DNA of 26,288 nt. Origin: an uncultured Oscillospiraceae bacterium. Lineage in GTDB: Bacteria > Bacillota > Clostridia > Peptostreptococcales > Anaerovoracaceae. Made by a program: the position numbers and the translations under genes. Below the pieces are notes generated by a model. The model was not told where the DNA came from and ran no database searches. It was given only the letters and a program-made list of their open reading frames with translations. Position 1 is the stretch's first letter, and each line of letters opens with the position of its first letter. Location: positions 1 to 26,288 of the forward strand of contig CAZDUM010000001.1 of assembly GCA_964508645.1 (NCBI GenBank), given 5' to 3'. Positions 1-10,506 of the stretch are shown here, in pieces.

Positions 1-87
1 GGCATTATGAGAACACCCGATTGTCACCTGCAGTATGTAGCTGTCCCATTCACTCGGCGGACGATAAATATTTCCTTCGTAGCGCAT
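1..87 (-). CDS. Radical SAM protein, first 29 codons only; runs off the left edge (not in the ORF track)
   Basis: The minus strand from the ATG at 87 reads [29 protein letters not shown], preceded by a GGAGG SD. This matches the YEGxIYRPPSE...[11 protein letters not shown]-terminus of a common clostridial radical SAM family. Only the first Cys of CxxxCxxC is visible. Confidence 0.8.
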   Translation of the reverse strand, partial: MRYEGNIYRPPSEWDSYILQVTIGCSHNA

Positions 88-359
88 ACATCTCGCCTCC
101 GTTTCATGTATACGATCGTCATTACCTCTCAGATAGACAGGATTCTATCGTGATGACCAGCCGGCTTCGCCATGATTTGCAGAATTGTCAGAGCAGCCTG
201 TAAGGTCACATCGGGAATCGCAGCCCGCACCCGAATGCGCACATCCGTATCGAGGATCGCCTCATGTCTACCATCCATATAGTCCTTCTCGGCGAGCCTG
301 ACGACGGCAATATTCCCGGAATCCCTTGATTTCTTGGCATTTTATGCACTTTTAATTCC

Positions 360-2991
<2,632 letters not shown>

Positions 2992-3042
2992 TCTCCGGCG
3001 GAGCGCCGACGGCAGGATGCTGCGCCCGTCGAACGGTAGATG

Positions 3043-4155
3043 TCACGCCAGAAGCATCGCATCCCCGTAGGAGAAAAACCGGTATCGCTCCTTGACGGCG
3101 ATGTCGTAGACCCGCAGGATGTCCTCCCGGTTATAGAAGGCGGAAACGAGCATCAGCAGCGTGGAACGGGGCAGATGAAAGTTCGTGATCAAAGCGCCGA
3201 TGATCCGAAACTCATAGCCCGGATAGATGAAAATCCCCGTGGAGCTGCTCCCCGCCCGCACCAGCCATTTTCCCGACGCAGCATCCAGGTAGGACGCGCT
3301 TTCCAGCGTCCGCGTGGAGGTGGTGCCCACGGACACGATGCGGCCGCCGGCGCGAATGGTGTCGTTGATGGTCCTCGCCGCCTCCTCGCCGATGTGATAG
3401 GATTCGAAATGCATCCGGTGCGCCTCCACCGTCTCCTCCTTCACCGGGCGAAAGGTCCCGATCCCCACATGCAGGGTCACATAGGCGGTCTTGACACCCT
3501 TTTCCTCGACGCGGGCAAGCAGGTCCTGGGTGAAATGCAGCCCCGCCGTCGGCGCGGCCACAGATCCCTCCTCCCGGCAGTAGACGGTCTGATAGCGCTC
3601 CCTGTCCTCCGGGCGGCTCTCCCTGTGGATATAGGGGGGGAGGGGCATCCGGCCCAGTTCCTCGAGCCGCTCCATGAAGATGCCTTCGTACTGAAATTCC
3701 ACGATGCGCGTGCCGTCCGGCCCGTACGCCTTCACGACCGCCCGCATCGCACTCCCGCCCGGCGTCGCCTCGCTCCTCGTTACCGCATCCGCGTTCGGCG
3801 CCTCGCCTTCGCCCCCTGCACCGGAAAAGATCACCCGATCCCCGGGCTTTAAGCGGCGTCCCGGGCGCACCATGGTCTCCCACGTGTCGCCCTCCAGGTG
3901 TTTGGTCAGCAAAAATTCCACCCGGGCGCCGGTATCCTCCTTCACGCCGAGGAGCCGCGCCGGCAGCACCTTCGAGTCGTTTAACACCAGGCAGTCCGAC
4001 GGCCTGAGATAGTCCAGAATATCGTAAAAATGCCGGTGCTCCACCTGACCGCTGTCCCGATGCACCACCATCAGGCGCGACGCGTCCCGGGTGGCGGCGG
4101 GAGTCTGCGCGATCAGCTCCTCCGGCAGGTCATAGTCAAAATCATCGATGCGCAT
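3043..4155 (-). CDS. queA: S-adenosylmethionine:tRNA ribosyltransferase-isomerase
   Basis: [66 protein letters not shown] and RFFSYGDAM. Confidence 0.97.
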   Translation of the reverse strand: MRIDDFDYDLPEELIAQTPAATRDASRLMVVHRDSGQVEHRHFYDILDYLRPSDCLVLNDSKVLPARLLGVKEDTGARVEFLLTKHLEGDTWETMVRPGRRLKPGDRVIFSGAGGEGEAPNADAVTRSEATPGGSAMRAVVKAYGPDGTRIVEFQYEGIFMERLEELGRMPLPPYIHRESRPEDRERYQTVYCREEGSVAAPTAGLHFTQDLLARVEEKGVKTAYVTLHVGIGTFRPVKEETVEAHRMHFESYHIGEEAARTINDTIRAGGRIVSVGTTSTRTLESASYLDAASGKWLVRAGSSSTGIFIYPGYEFRIIGALITNFHLPRSTLLMLVSAFYNREDILRVYDIAVKERYRFFSYGDAMLLA

Positions 4156-4213
4156 GGCGTCCCTCTCTGCTCCTCACACACCTGTCTCGCGCGGTTCCTG
4201 CGCGTTCTTTCTT

Positions 4214-4327
4214 CGCAAAAGTCCTCCCGCCGGGGGTTCTCCCTCGCAAGGCCGATTCTCCCCGCAGGCCATCCTTTTCTCAAGAACCACCCTCCGCAAA
4301 AGCCCTCCCGCCGGGGGTTTCCGCCTC
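4214..4327. repeat. Pair of direct repeats between ruvB and queA
   Basis: CGCAAAAG(T/C)CCTCCCGCCGGGGGTT starts at 4214 and 4295 (24/25 identical, 81 nt apart). Confidence 0.85.
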
Positions 4328-4332
4328 TCTCG

Positions 4333-5343
4333 CTATTCCTCCCGTTCGGGCATGGGGATGCCCAGGTGCGCATACCCCAGGGGCGAGACCATGCGCCCTT
4401 TCTGCGTGCGGTACAGGAGCCCGGACTGAATGAGATACGGCTCATAGGCATCCTCGATGGTCACCCGCTCCTCCCCGATGGAGGCGGCGATGGTGTCGAT
4501 GCCCACCGGGCCGCCGTCGAAGCGCTCGATGATCGTCCGCAGGATTTCGCGATCCAGCCGCTCCAGGCCCATATCGTCTATCCCCAGCGCCTCCAGACCC
4601 TCCCTGGTGATCTCGAGATCGACGCGCCCGTCCCCGCGCACCTGCGAAAAATCACGGATGCGCTTGAACATGCGGTTCGCGACACGGGGCGTGCCGCGAG
4701 CCCGCCTCGCCATCTCCCGCAGGGACCTTTCATCGGCCTCCGTATGCAGCAGGGAGGCCGTGCGGCGCAGAATCTCCGTCAGCTCCTCCTCCGTATACAT
4801 CTCGAACTTGCTGATCACACCGAAGCGGTCTCTAAGGGGCGCCGAGAGGCTGCCCGCGCGGGTCGTCGCCCCGATGAGCGTGAACTTGGCCAGGTCCAGG
4901 CGCAGGGAGCGGGCGGAGGGGCCTTTGCCGATGACGATATCGATGGCGTAGTCCTCCATGGCCGAGTACAGCACCTCCTCCACCGAGCGGTTCAGCCTGT
5001 GAATCTCATCGATGAACAGCACGTCGTTCTCGTTCAGATTGGTCAGGATGGCGGCCAGATCGCCCGCGCGGGCGATGGCCGGTCCCGAGGTGATTTTGAA
5101 ATCCACGCCCAGCTCGTTGGCGATGATGCCGGCCAGCGTCGTCTTGCCCAACCCCGGCGGCCCGTAAAACAGCACATGGTCGAGCGGCTCCCCCCGCAGG
5201 CGGGCCGCATCGATGAAGACCTTGAGATTGTCCTTGACGGCCTGCTGCCCGATATAGTCCGACAGATGCTGGGGCCGCAGTCCGGCCTCCTGCCTCTGCT
5301 CGCCGCTCTGCACCTGTGTCGCCGTGATTCGTTCCATTTCCAT
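4333..5343 (-). CDS. ruvB: Holliday junction branch migration helicase RuvB
   Basis: [12 protein letters not shown], Walker [40 protein letters not shown] and EPYLIQ. Confidence 0.98.
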   Translation of the reverse strand: MEMERITATQVQSGEQRQEAGLRPQHLSDYIGQQAVKDNLKVFIDAARLRGEPLDHVLFYGPPGLGKTTLAGIIANELGVDFKITSGPAIARAGDLAAILTNLNENDVLFIDEIHRLNRSVEEVLYSAMEDYAIDIVIGKGPSARSLRLDLAKFTLIGATTRAGSLSAPLRDRFGVISKFEMYTEEELTEILRRTASLLHTEADERSLREMARRARGTPRVANRMFKRIRDFSQVRGDGRVDLEITREGLEALGIDDMGLERLDREILRTIIERFDGGPVGIDTIAASIGEERVTIEDAYEPYLIQSGLLYRTQKGRMVSPLGYAHLGIPMPEREE

Positions 5344-5362
5344 ACCCTATACTCCCGGAGCC

Positions 5363-5977
5363 TCAGAACAGGTAACGCAGCGCCTTCTTGATGTATGCCT
5401 CGCTGCTCAGATCGTCCTCCGTCACCTGCGAGATGGCGGTGAAGGCCTCCGCCTTGGAATATCCGAGCGCCATGAGCGCGGCAACGGCTTCGCCGCGGTG
5501 GTTCTCCGCCCCCTCGGCCGGAACGCTCTCGGCAGCGCCTGTAAGCGGCAGCTCCGCCTCCAGGCCCGGCAGCCTGCCGATCTTGTCCTTGAGCTCCAGG
5601 ATGAGGCGCTCCGCGGTCTTCTTGCCGATGCCGTTTGCCTTGCAGATCTCCTTGGCATCCTCGAAGAGGATGGCGCGTCGAAACTCGTCCGGTGTCATGG
5701 CGCTCAGGATGGCGAGCGCCCCCTTGGCGCCGATGCCGCTGACGGTGATGAGCTGCTGAAAGAGCTCCAGGCTTTCCCTGTTGTGAAAGCCGTACAGGCG
5801 CACATCATCCTCCTTCACGGCCATGTAGGTGAAGACCTTGACGATCTCCCCCTCCCCGTAGCGGTACAGAGGGGACCCGGCGGGCAGGATGATCTCAAAC
5901 CCGATGCCGCCGTCCGTCTCCACGATGATGCCCTGCTCGAATGTCATGGCGTAGACGCCCTTGATGTAGCGTATCAA
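5363..5977 (-). CDS. ruvA: Holliday junction branch migration protein RuvA
   Basis: MIRYIKG, EDDVRLYGF, LITVSGIG HhH, GIGKKTAERLILELKDK and C-terminal EAVAALMALGY. TTG start. Confidence 0.96.
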   Translation of the reverse strand: MIRYIKGVYAMTFEQGIIVETDGGIGFEIILPAGSPLYRYGEGEIVKVFTYMAVKEDDVRLYGFHNRESLELFQQLITVSGIGAKGALAILSAMTPDEFRRAILFEDAKEICKANGIGKKTAERLILELKDKIGRLPGLEAELPLTGAAESVPAEGAENHRGEAVAALMALGYSKAEAFTAISQVTEDDLSSEAYIKKALRYLF

Positions 5978-6201
5978 CTCCTATGCGCCGTCCTTTCTAC
6001 CCGTCTCCATCCGTCTCTCCGTCCGGTGCCACGCCGATGTCGCGTCCCGTCCCGCGCCAGTTCCGAGCCGGTCCCGCGGCAACCCTGCGCCGGTCCAGCA
6101 CAGGCCTCGCGTTCCGCCCCGCGTCGGTTCAGCAGGGACCTCCCGTCCCAGGCCGCAACGCCGGCAGGGCGCTGCCTCTGCGCAGCGCCTCGATCGCATC
6201 C

Positions 6202-6708
6202 TCACGTGGCGGCCTGCATCGCCTGCTTGAGCCGTTCGCGGCCCGAAGAATGTCCGTGGCAGATGGCCGCAGCCAGCGCATCCGCCGTATCGTCCGGCTT
6301 GGGCACCTTTTCCAGATGCAGAATGGCCTTCACCATGGCCTGCACCTGCTTCTTGTCCGCGCGCCCGTACCCGACCAGCGCCTGCTTGATCTGCAGCGGC
6401 GTATACTCGCTGATGGGCAGGTCCTTGTGCGCGCAGGCCAGCAGGGCCACTCCCCTGGCCTCTCCCACCAGGATCGCCGTCTTGGCATTGTTGTTGAAGA
6501 AAAGCTCCTCGATCGCGGCCACATCCGGCCTGTACTCCGCGATGATGGCGCTCAGCTTGTCATACAGCATCCGCAGCCGCACCGGCATCTCGATGCCGGC
6601 TTCCGTCTGAATGGACCCGTATGTCACGACCGAAAAGCGGCTCCCGACCATATCCAGGACCCCGTAGCCCAGGATCGCGTAGCCGGGATCGATCCCCAAA
6701 ATCCGCAT
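6202..6708 (-). CDS. ruvC: Crossover junction endodeoxyribonuclease RuvC
   Basis: MRILGIDPG, AIEELFF, EYTPLQIKQALVGYGRADKKQV and PDDTADALAAAICH. Confidence 0.97.
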   Translation of the reverse strand: MRILGIDPGYAILGYGVLDMVGSRFSVVTYGSIQTEAGIEMPVRLRMLYDKLSAIIAEYRPDVAAIEELFFNNNAKTAILVGEARGVALLACAHKDLPISEYTPLQIKQALVGYGRADKKQVQAMVKAILHLEKVPKPDDTADALAAAICHGHSSGRERLKQAMQAAT

Positions 6709-6766
6709 CCGTCATCCCCCGTCTTTCCCCCGCCGCGCGGCCTTTCCCGGCGGCGATGCATGTCCC

Positions 6767-6795
6767 ATTATAGCATGCGAACATCCGTTTGTCCA
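6767..6795 (-). promoter_or_regulatory. Sigma-A promoter of the ruvC operon
   Basis: On the minus strand: TGGACA, 17-nt spacer, TATAAT with an extended -10 TG. Confidence 0.8.
6778..6791. promoter_or_regulatory. LexA operator (Cheo/SOS box)
   Basis: CGAACATCCGTTTG fits Firmicute GAAC-N4-GTTY, overlaps the -35/-10 spacer, and lies upstream of a classic SOS gene. Confidence 0.75.
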
Positions 6796-6893
6796 TATGG
6801 TTTTTCCCTGCCCGTTCCATATATTCCCAGCTTCCCGCCACGCCTTCACGCACGCGCTTCCCGCCACATTTCCCCACGCGCCGCCGATTTGCA

Positions 6894-6922
6894 TTGAATC
6901 TCGCCCGGCTTTGTGATAAGAT
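6894..6922 (+). promoter_or_regulatory. Sigma-A promoter of argR-recN
   Basis: TTGAAT, 17-nt spacer, TG-A-TAAGAT; AAAGGAGG SD before the ATG at 6953. Confidence 0.65.
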
Positions 6923-6952
6923 GATACATATTCGAGGCGAAAGGAGGCCATC

Positions 6953-7420
6953 ATGCGGTATTCCAGACAGGCACGCATCATCCAGCTCATCGACGAGCAG
7001 GAGATCGACACCCAGGAAAAGCTCGTCTCCCTGCTGCGGCAGGAAGGCTATACCGTGACGCAGGCGACCGTTTCCCGCGACATCAAGGAACTGCAACTCG
7101 TCAAGGTTCTCACGCCCGGCGGCCGGTATCGCTATGCGCTGCAGCAGGCGGCGAACCTGCCGGTCAGCAGCCGCTTCGTCAAGATCTTTCGGGAGACCAT
7201 CACCTCCTTCGCATCCTCCGGCAATCTGATCGTCGTCAAGACTCTCTCCGGCTGCGCCGCTGCCGCCGGAGAGGCCCTCGACAACAGCGGCCTGCCGCAC
7301 ATCATCGGCTCCATCGCCGGCGACAACACGCTGCTTCTGGTCGCCGACTCGGCCGAGGCCGTACCGGAGATCATGCAGGCCTTTCGCGATATGCTGGATA
7401 CCGGAAAGACAGAGGGATGA
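6953..7420 (+). CDS. argR: Arginine repressor ArgR/AhrC
   Basis: RQARIIQLI, TQEKLV, TQATVSRDIKEL winged helix, NLIVVKTLSG and GSIAGDNT; conserved position before recN. Confidence 0.95.
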   Translation: MRYSRQARIIQLIDEQEIDTQEKLVSLLRQEGYTVTQATVSRDIKELQLVKVLTPGGRYRYALQQAANLPVSSRFVKIFRETITSFASSGNLIVVKTLSGCAAAAGEALDNSGLPHIIGSIAGDNTLLLVADSAEAVPEIMQAFRDMLDTGKTEG

Positions 7421-7423
7421 CCC

Positions 7424-9049
7424 ATGCTGCAGCACATTCGCATCGAAAATTTCGCCATCATCGGGCACGCGGAGATCGACTTCGCGCCGGGCCTGAACAT
7501 CATCACGGGGGAAACCGGCGCCGGCAAGTCCATCGTCGCCACCGCCATCAGCCTGGCGCTCGGTGCCAGAGCCGATTCCTCCTATGTGCGCACCGGCGCC
7601 TCGAAGGCTGTCATCCAGCTTCTGGGGGACCTGGACGACGAGGAAATCCTCATCACGCGCGAGGTGTCTGCCTCCGGCCGGAATCTGTGCCGACTGAACG
7701 GTGAACTGGTGACCCTCTCCCAGCTCCAGCAGGTCTGCCGGCGGCTGGCCGACATCCACGGCCAGTATGACAACCAGTCCCTGCTCGACCCCGCGCAGCA
7801 TATACAGCTCGTGGACGCCTACCGCCGGGACATCACGCAGCCCTGCCTCGACGCCTACCGGCAGGCCTATACCCGCTACCTCGATGTGCGCAGGCGGCTC
7901 GGACACCTCCTCACGGCGCAGAAGGACCTCGACCGAAGAAAAGATCTCTTGCGCTTCGAGGCTTCGGAGATCGAGGCGGCGCATCTTTCGCCCGGCGAGG
8001 ATGAAAGGCTGGCGGCGCGCATCTCCGTCCTGCAGAACGGGGAACGCATCTACGAAGCGCTGTCGCGGGCCTACGATCTTTTGCAGGGGGAGGAGGGCTC
8101 GGTCATGAACGGCCTGCAGAGCGCATCCGGTGCGCTCGACAGCGTGGCCGCCTACGCACCCGCGCTGCACGATCTCTCCGAGACGATGCAGGATGCCCTC
8201 TACAGCCTGGAGGATGTCTGCCGTGATCTGCGCGGGCAGCTGGAAGGTCTGACATTCGATCCGGGTGAGCTGAACGCGGCGCAGGAGCGTCTGGCCGGCA
8301 TCGACGCCCTGAAGAAGAAATACGGCGGCAGCATCGAGGCGGTCCTGTCGCATTACGAGACCGTCTCGGCCTCCCTCGCCTCCATGGCCAGCTTTGCCAG
8401 CACCCGCGCGACGCTGGAGACGGAATTAAAACAGGCCGCCGGCAAACTGCGGGCCGCTGCCGATGCCCTCACGGCGGCCCGGCGTGCCGCGGCGCAGGCG
8501 CTGGGAGAGGCGGTGGAACGGGAGCTTGCGGATCTGAACTTCGCCGAGGCCTCCCTCTCGATCCAGCTCACCTCCCTGTCCAAGCCCGCGGAGAACGGGC
8601 AGGACCAGGTGGAGATCATGCTCAGCACCAACCGGGGGGAACCGCTCAAACCGCTCGCCCGGATCGCCTCCGGCGGTGAGATGTCGCGCATCATGCTCGC
8701 CTTCAAGACCGTCATCAGCGGCTGCGATGCCATCCCCACCCTCGTCTTCGATGAGATCGACAGCGGCATCAGCGGCGTGACCGCCAGCATCGTAGGACGT
8801 AAGCTCAAAAAAATCGCGGAGACGCACCAGATTCTCTGCATCACGCACCTGCCGCAGATCGCAGCCTGCGGTGACGCGCATTTTCGCATCTACAAGGATA
8901 CGGATGCGGACGCGACCTACACGCATGTGGACCGGCTCTCGGAGGCGGAGACCGTGGCCGAGATCGCCCGCCTGCTCGGCGGCGACACCGTCACGGAGAC
9001 CACCCTTGAGAGTGCCGGCGAGCTTCTGGCGGCGAGCCGCGGACGGTAA
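7424..9049 (+). CDS. recN: DNA repair protein RecN
   Basis: IENFAII, ITGETGAGKS, IHGQ, coiled coil, ASGGEMSR, LVFDEIDSGISG and ITHLPQIAA. Confidence 0.97.
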   Translation: MLQHIRIENFAIIGHAEIDFAPGLNIITGETGAGKSIVATAISLALGARADSSYVRTGASKAVIQLLGDLDDEEILITREVSASGRNLCRLNGELVTLSQLQQVCRRLADIHGQYDNQSLLDPAQHIQLVDAYRRDITQPCLDAYRQAYTRYLDVRRRLGHLLTAQKDLDRRKDLLRFEASEIEAAHLSPGEDERLAARISVLQNGERIYEALSRAYDLLQGEEGSVMNGLQSASGALDSVAAYAPALHDLSETMQDALYSLEDVCRDLRGQLEGLTFDPGELNAAQERLAGIDALKKKYGGSIEAVLSHYETVSASLASMASFASTRATLETELKQAAGKLRAAADALTAARRAAAQALGEAVERELADLNFAEASLSIQLTSLSKPAENGQDQVEIMLSTNRGEPLKPLARIASGGEMSRIMLAFKTVISGCDAIPTLVFDEIDSGISGVTASIVGRKLKKIAETHQILCITHLPQIAACGDAHFRIYKDTDADATYTHVDRLSEAETVAEIARLLGGDTVTETTLESAGELLAASRGR

Positions 9050-9062
9050 AACCCGCGAACGG

Positions 9063-9110
9063 GAGCCTCTCCAGGAAGCGCTTCACGGCCGGCTGGCGCC
9101 CCCGCCGAAC
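9063..9110. repeat. Partial (left-end) copy of the MITE-like repeat
   Basis: GAGCCTCTCCAGGAAGCGCTTCACGGCCGGCTGGCGCCCCCGCC aligns to the first 45 or so nt of the copies at 2730 and 10344; right end not recognisable. Confidence 0.5.
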
Positions 9111-9188
9111 GGCATCCATGCATGGCGCGATCCCCTGCACATCGGGCGCGCGACCCATCCCCCGTTTCCGTAAGCCGGTCCCGCCCCT

Positions 9189-10307
9189 CTACAGCCGCGC
9201 GAAGATCAGCTCCAGGCTCAGCTGCAAGTCCAGCAGCCCCAGCTTCTGATCCCGATCCGCCTCATACAGCATCCCCAGTATCTGCCGCAACTTCTGCACG
9301 CCGAACACCTTCGCCGGCCCCATGGCCTTGCGGACGCGAAACTCGTTCATGTGCAGGGTCGCGGCGATCCGGGCGGCATCATACACATCGGCCTCCCGCA
9401 GCTCTGCCACATCCAGCAGCAGCTCAAACTGGTTGATCAGCATCGCCAGCACGCTGCCGCCCCCGCCCTGCCGATCCTGCCGCAGACGGGCATCCAGCAT
9501 GCGGATCGCTTTGCCCGGCTGCCTGCCCGTCGCCGCGTCCAGAAGATCGAAGATGAACGTCTCCTCATCGCCGCGCAGCACGGCAGCCGCCATCTCCGGA
9601 CTCGGCTGCCCGCCGGCCGCATAGGCCGCGATCTTCTCCACATCGCACAGGAGGTTCTGCAGTCGATAGCGGCTCTCCTTGTTGTAATAGCCGGACTGCG
9701 AGGCCACAGCGTCCAGCAGCCCCTTATCCGCCTTGACGCCCGCCTCCAGGAAACGCTTCCTGATGAACCCGAGCAGCGTCGGCCTGTCCACCTGTCCCAT
9801 GTAATAGCAGCGGACATTCTCGCGCAGCAGCTGCGCCAGCTCGCTCTTTTCCCCGCCGTCAGCCGTGCTGCCGTCGGCCGGCCTCTCTGTGGAAAATACG
9901 AGAACGGTGCCGGGATTCGGCGACTTCAGATACGCGGCGACGATCTCCAGCCCGCGGCTCCCGAAGCCCTTGGCACTGCTCTGCGAGAGCGGCGCATAGT
10001 CCCGCGCCCAGACGATGCGGCGTGCGGAAAACATGGAAAACGTATTGCAGGCGTCGACGATGTCCTGCGGGTCCTCATCCCCCTCTGTAAACCGCACGAA
10101 ATCCAGCGATTCGCACCCCGGTGCCACATAGCGCGACACCAAAGTCTCCACCAGCCACCGGATGAGGTAGTCCTCCTCGCCGTACACGAACAGCACAGGT
10201 GGAATGTCGTCCTCCTTCACCTGCCTGTTAAACGCGTGAAATGCATGTTCCTTGTCGGCGCTCCCGCCCTTTGCCGGGCCGCCCGAACGCCTGCCGCCGT
10301 ACGCCAT
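9189..10307 (-). CDS. holA: DNA polymerase III delta subunit
   Basis: LFVYGEEDYL, IVDACNTFSMFSARRIVW, IFDLLDA and LYEADRDQKLG..LELIF; comEC-holA synteny. Confidence 0.88.
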   Translation of the reverse strand: MAYGGRRSGGPAKGGSADKEHAFHAFNRQVKEDDIPPVLFVYGEEDYLIRWLVETLVSRYVAPGCESLDFVRFTEGDEDPQDIVDACNTFSMFSARRIVWARDYAPLSQSSAKGFGSRGLEIVAAYLKSPNPGTVLVFSTERPADGSTADGGEKSELAQLLRENVRCYYMGQVDRPTLLGFIRKRFLEAGVKADKGLLDAVASQSGYYNKESRYRLQNLLCDVEKIAAYAAGGQPSPEMAAAVLRGDEETFIFDLLDAATGRQPGKAIRMLDARLRQDRQGGGGSVLAMLINQFELLLDVAELREADVYDAARIAATLHMNEFRVRKAMGPAKVFGVQKLRQILGMLYEADRDQKLGLLDLQLSLELIFARL

Positions 10308-10343
10308 GCCGCTTTCCCCCTGTGTCTCATGCCCCGGCGCCGT

Positions 10344-10502
10344 GAGAGTGTCCAGGAAGCGCCCCGTGATCGTCTCGCGCCCCCACCTCTACCTCTGTGG
10401 TGCGCCGACAATCCGTGCATCTCCACTCCCGGCCGCAGACGGGCATTTTCCTGTGGCTGCCGCCCACCTGTCGGCAGCGCGCCCAGGTTTTCAGACGCTC
10501 TC
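10344..10502. mobile_element. MITE-like intergenic repeat, copy 2 (159 bp)
   Basis: Imperfect terminal inverted repeats GAGAGTGTCCAGGAA / GAGAGCGTCTGAAAA (10/15), colinear with copy 1 at both ends; fills most of the comEC-holA spacer. Confidence 0.6.
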
Positions 10503-10506
10503 GCCC

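Noticed and set aside
86-111. ATACAT/ATGTAT inverted repeat enclosing the radical SAM SD and touching its start codon
   Set aside because: Only a 6-bp AU-rich stem with a 14-nt loop; too weak to claim translational control.
4214-4327. Mini CRISPR array
   Set aside because: Only two repeats, no leader and no cas genes; the same applies to the 2823-2971 modules.
4030-5391. Long antisense ORFs (4030-5391, 5324-6610, 6560-8353, 10252-11844, 14555-15916, 16329-18011, 21397-23685 and others)
   Set aside because: Shadow ORFs opposite well-supported genes; expected in GC-rich DNA with strong codon bias, and they show no family motifs.
5981-5983. Pyrrolysine or programmed read-through of the TAG upstream of ruvA
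   Set aside because: No pyl genes or tRNA in the window, and the extension has no protein-like features.
6890-6952. ARG box for argR autoregulation
   Set aside because: No convincing TGAAT-N-ATTCA-type palindrome pair; only a half-site-like TTGAAT that is the -35 itself.
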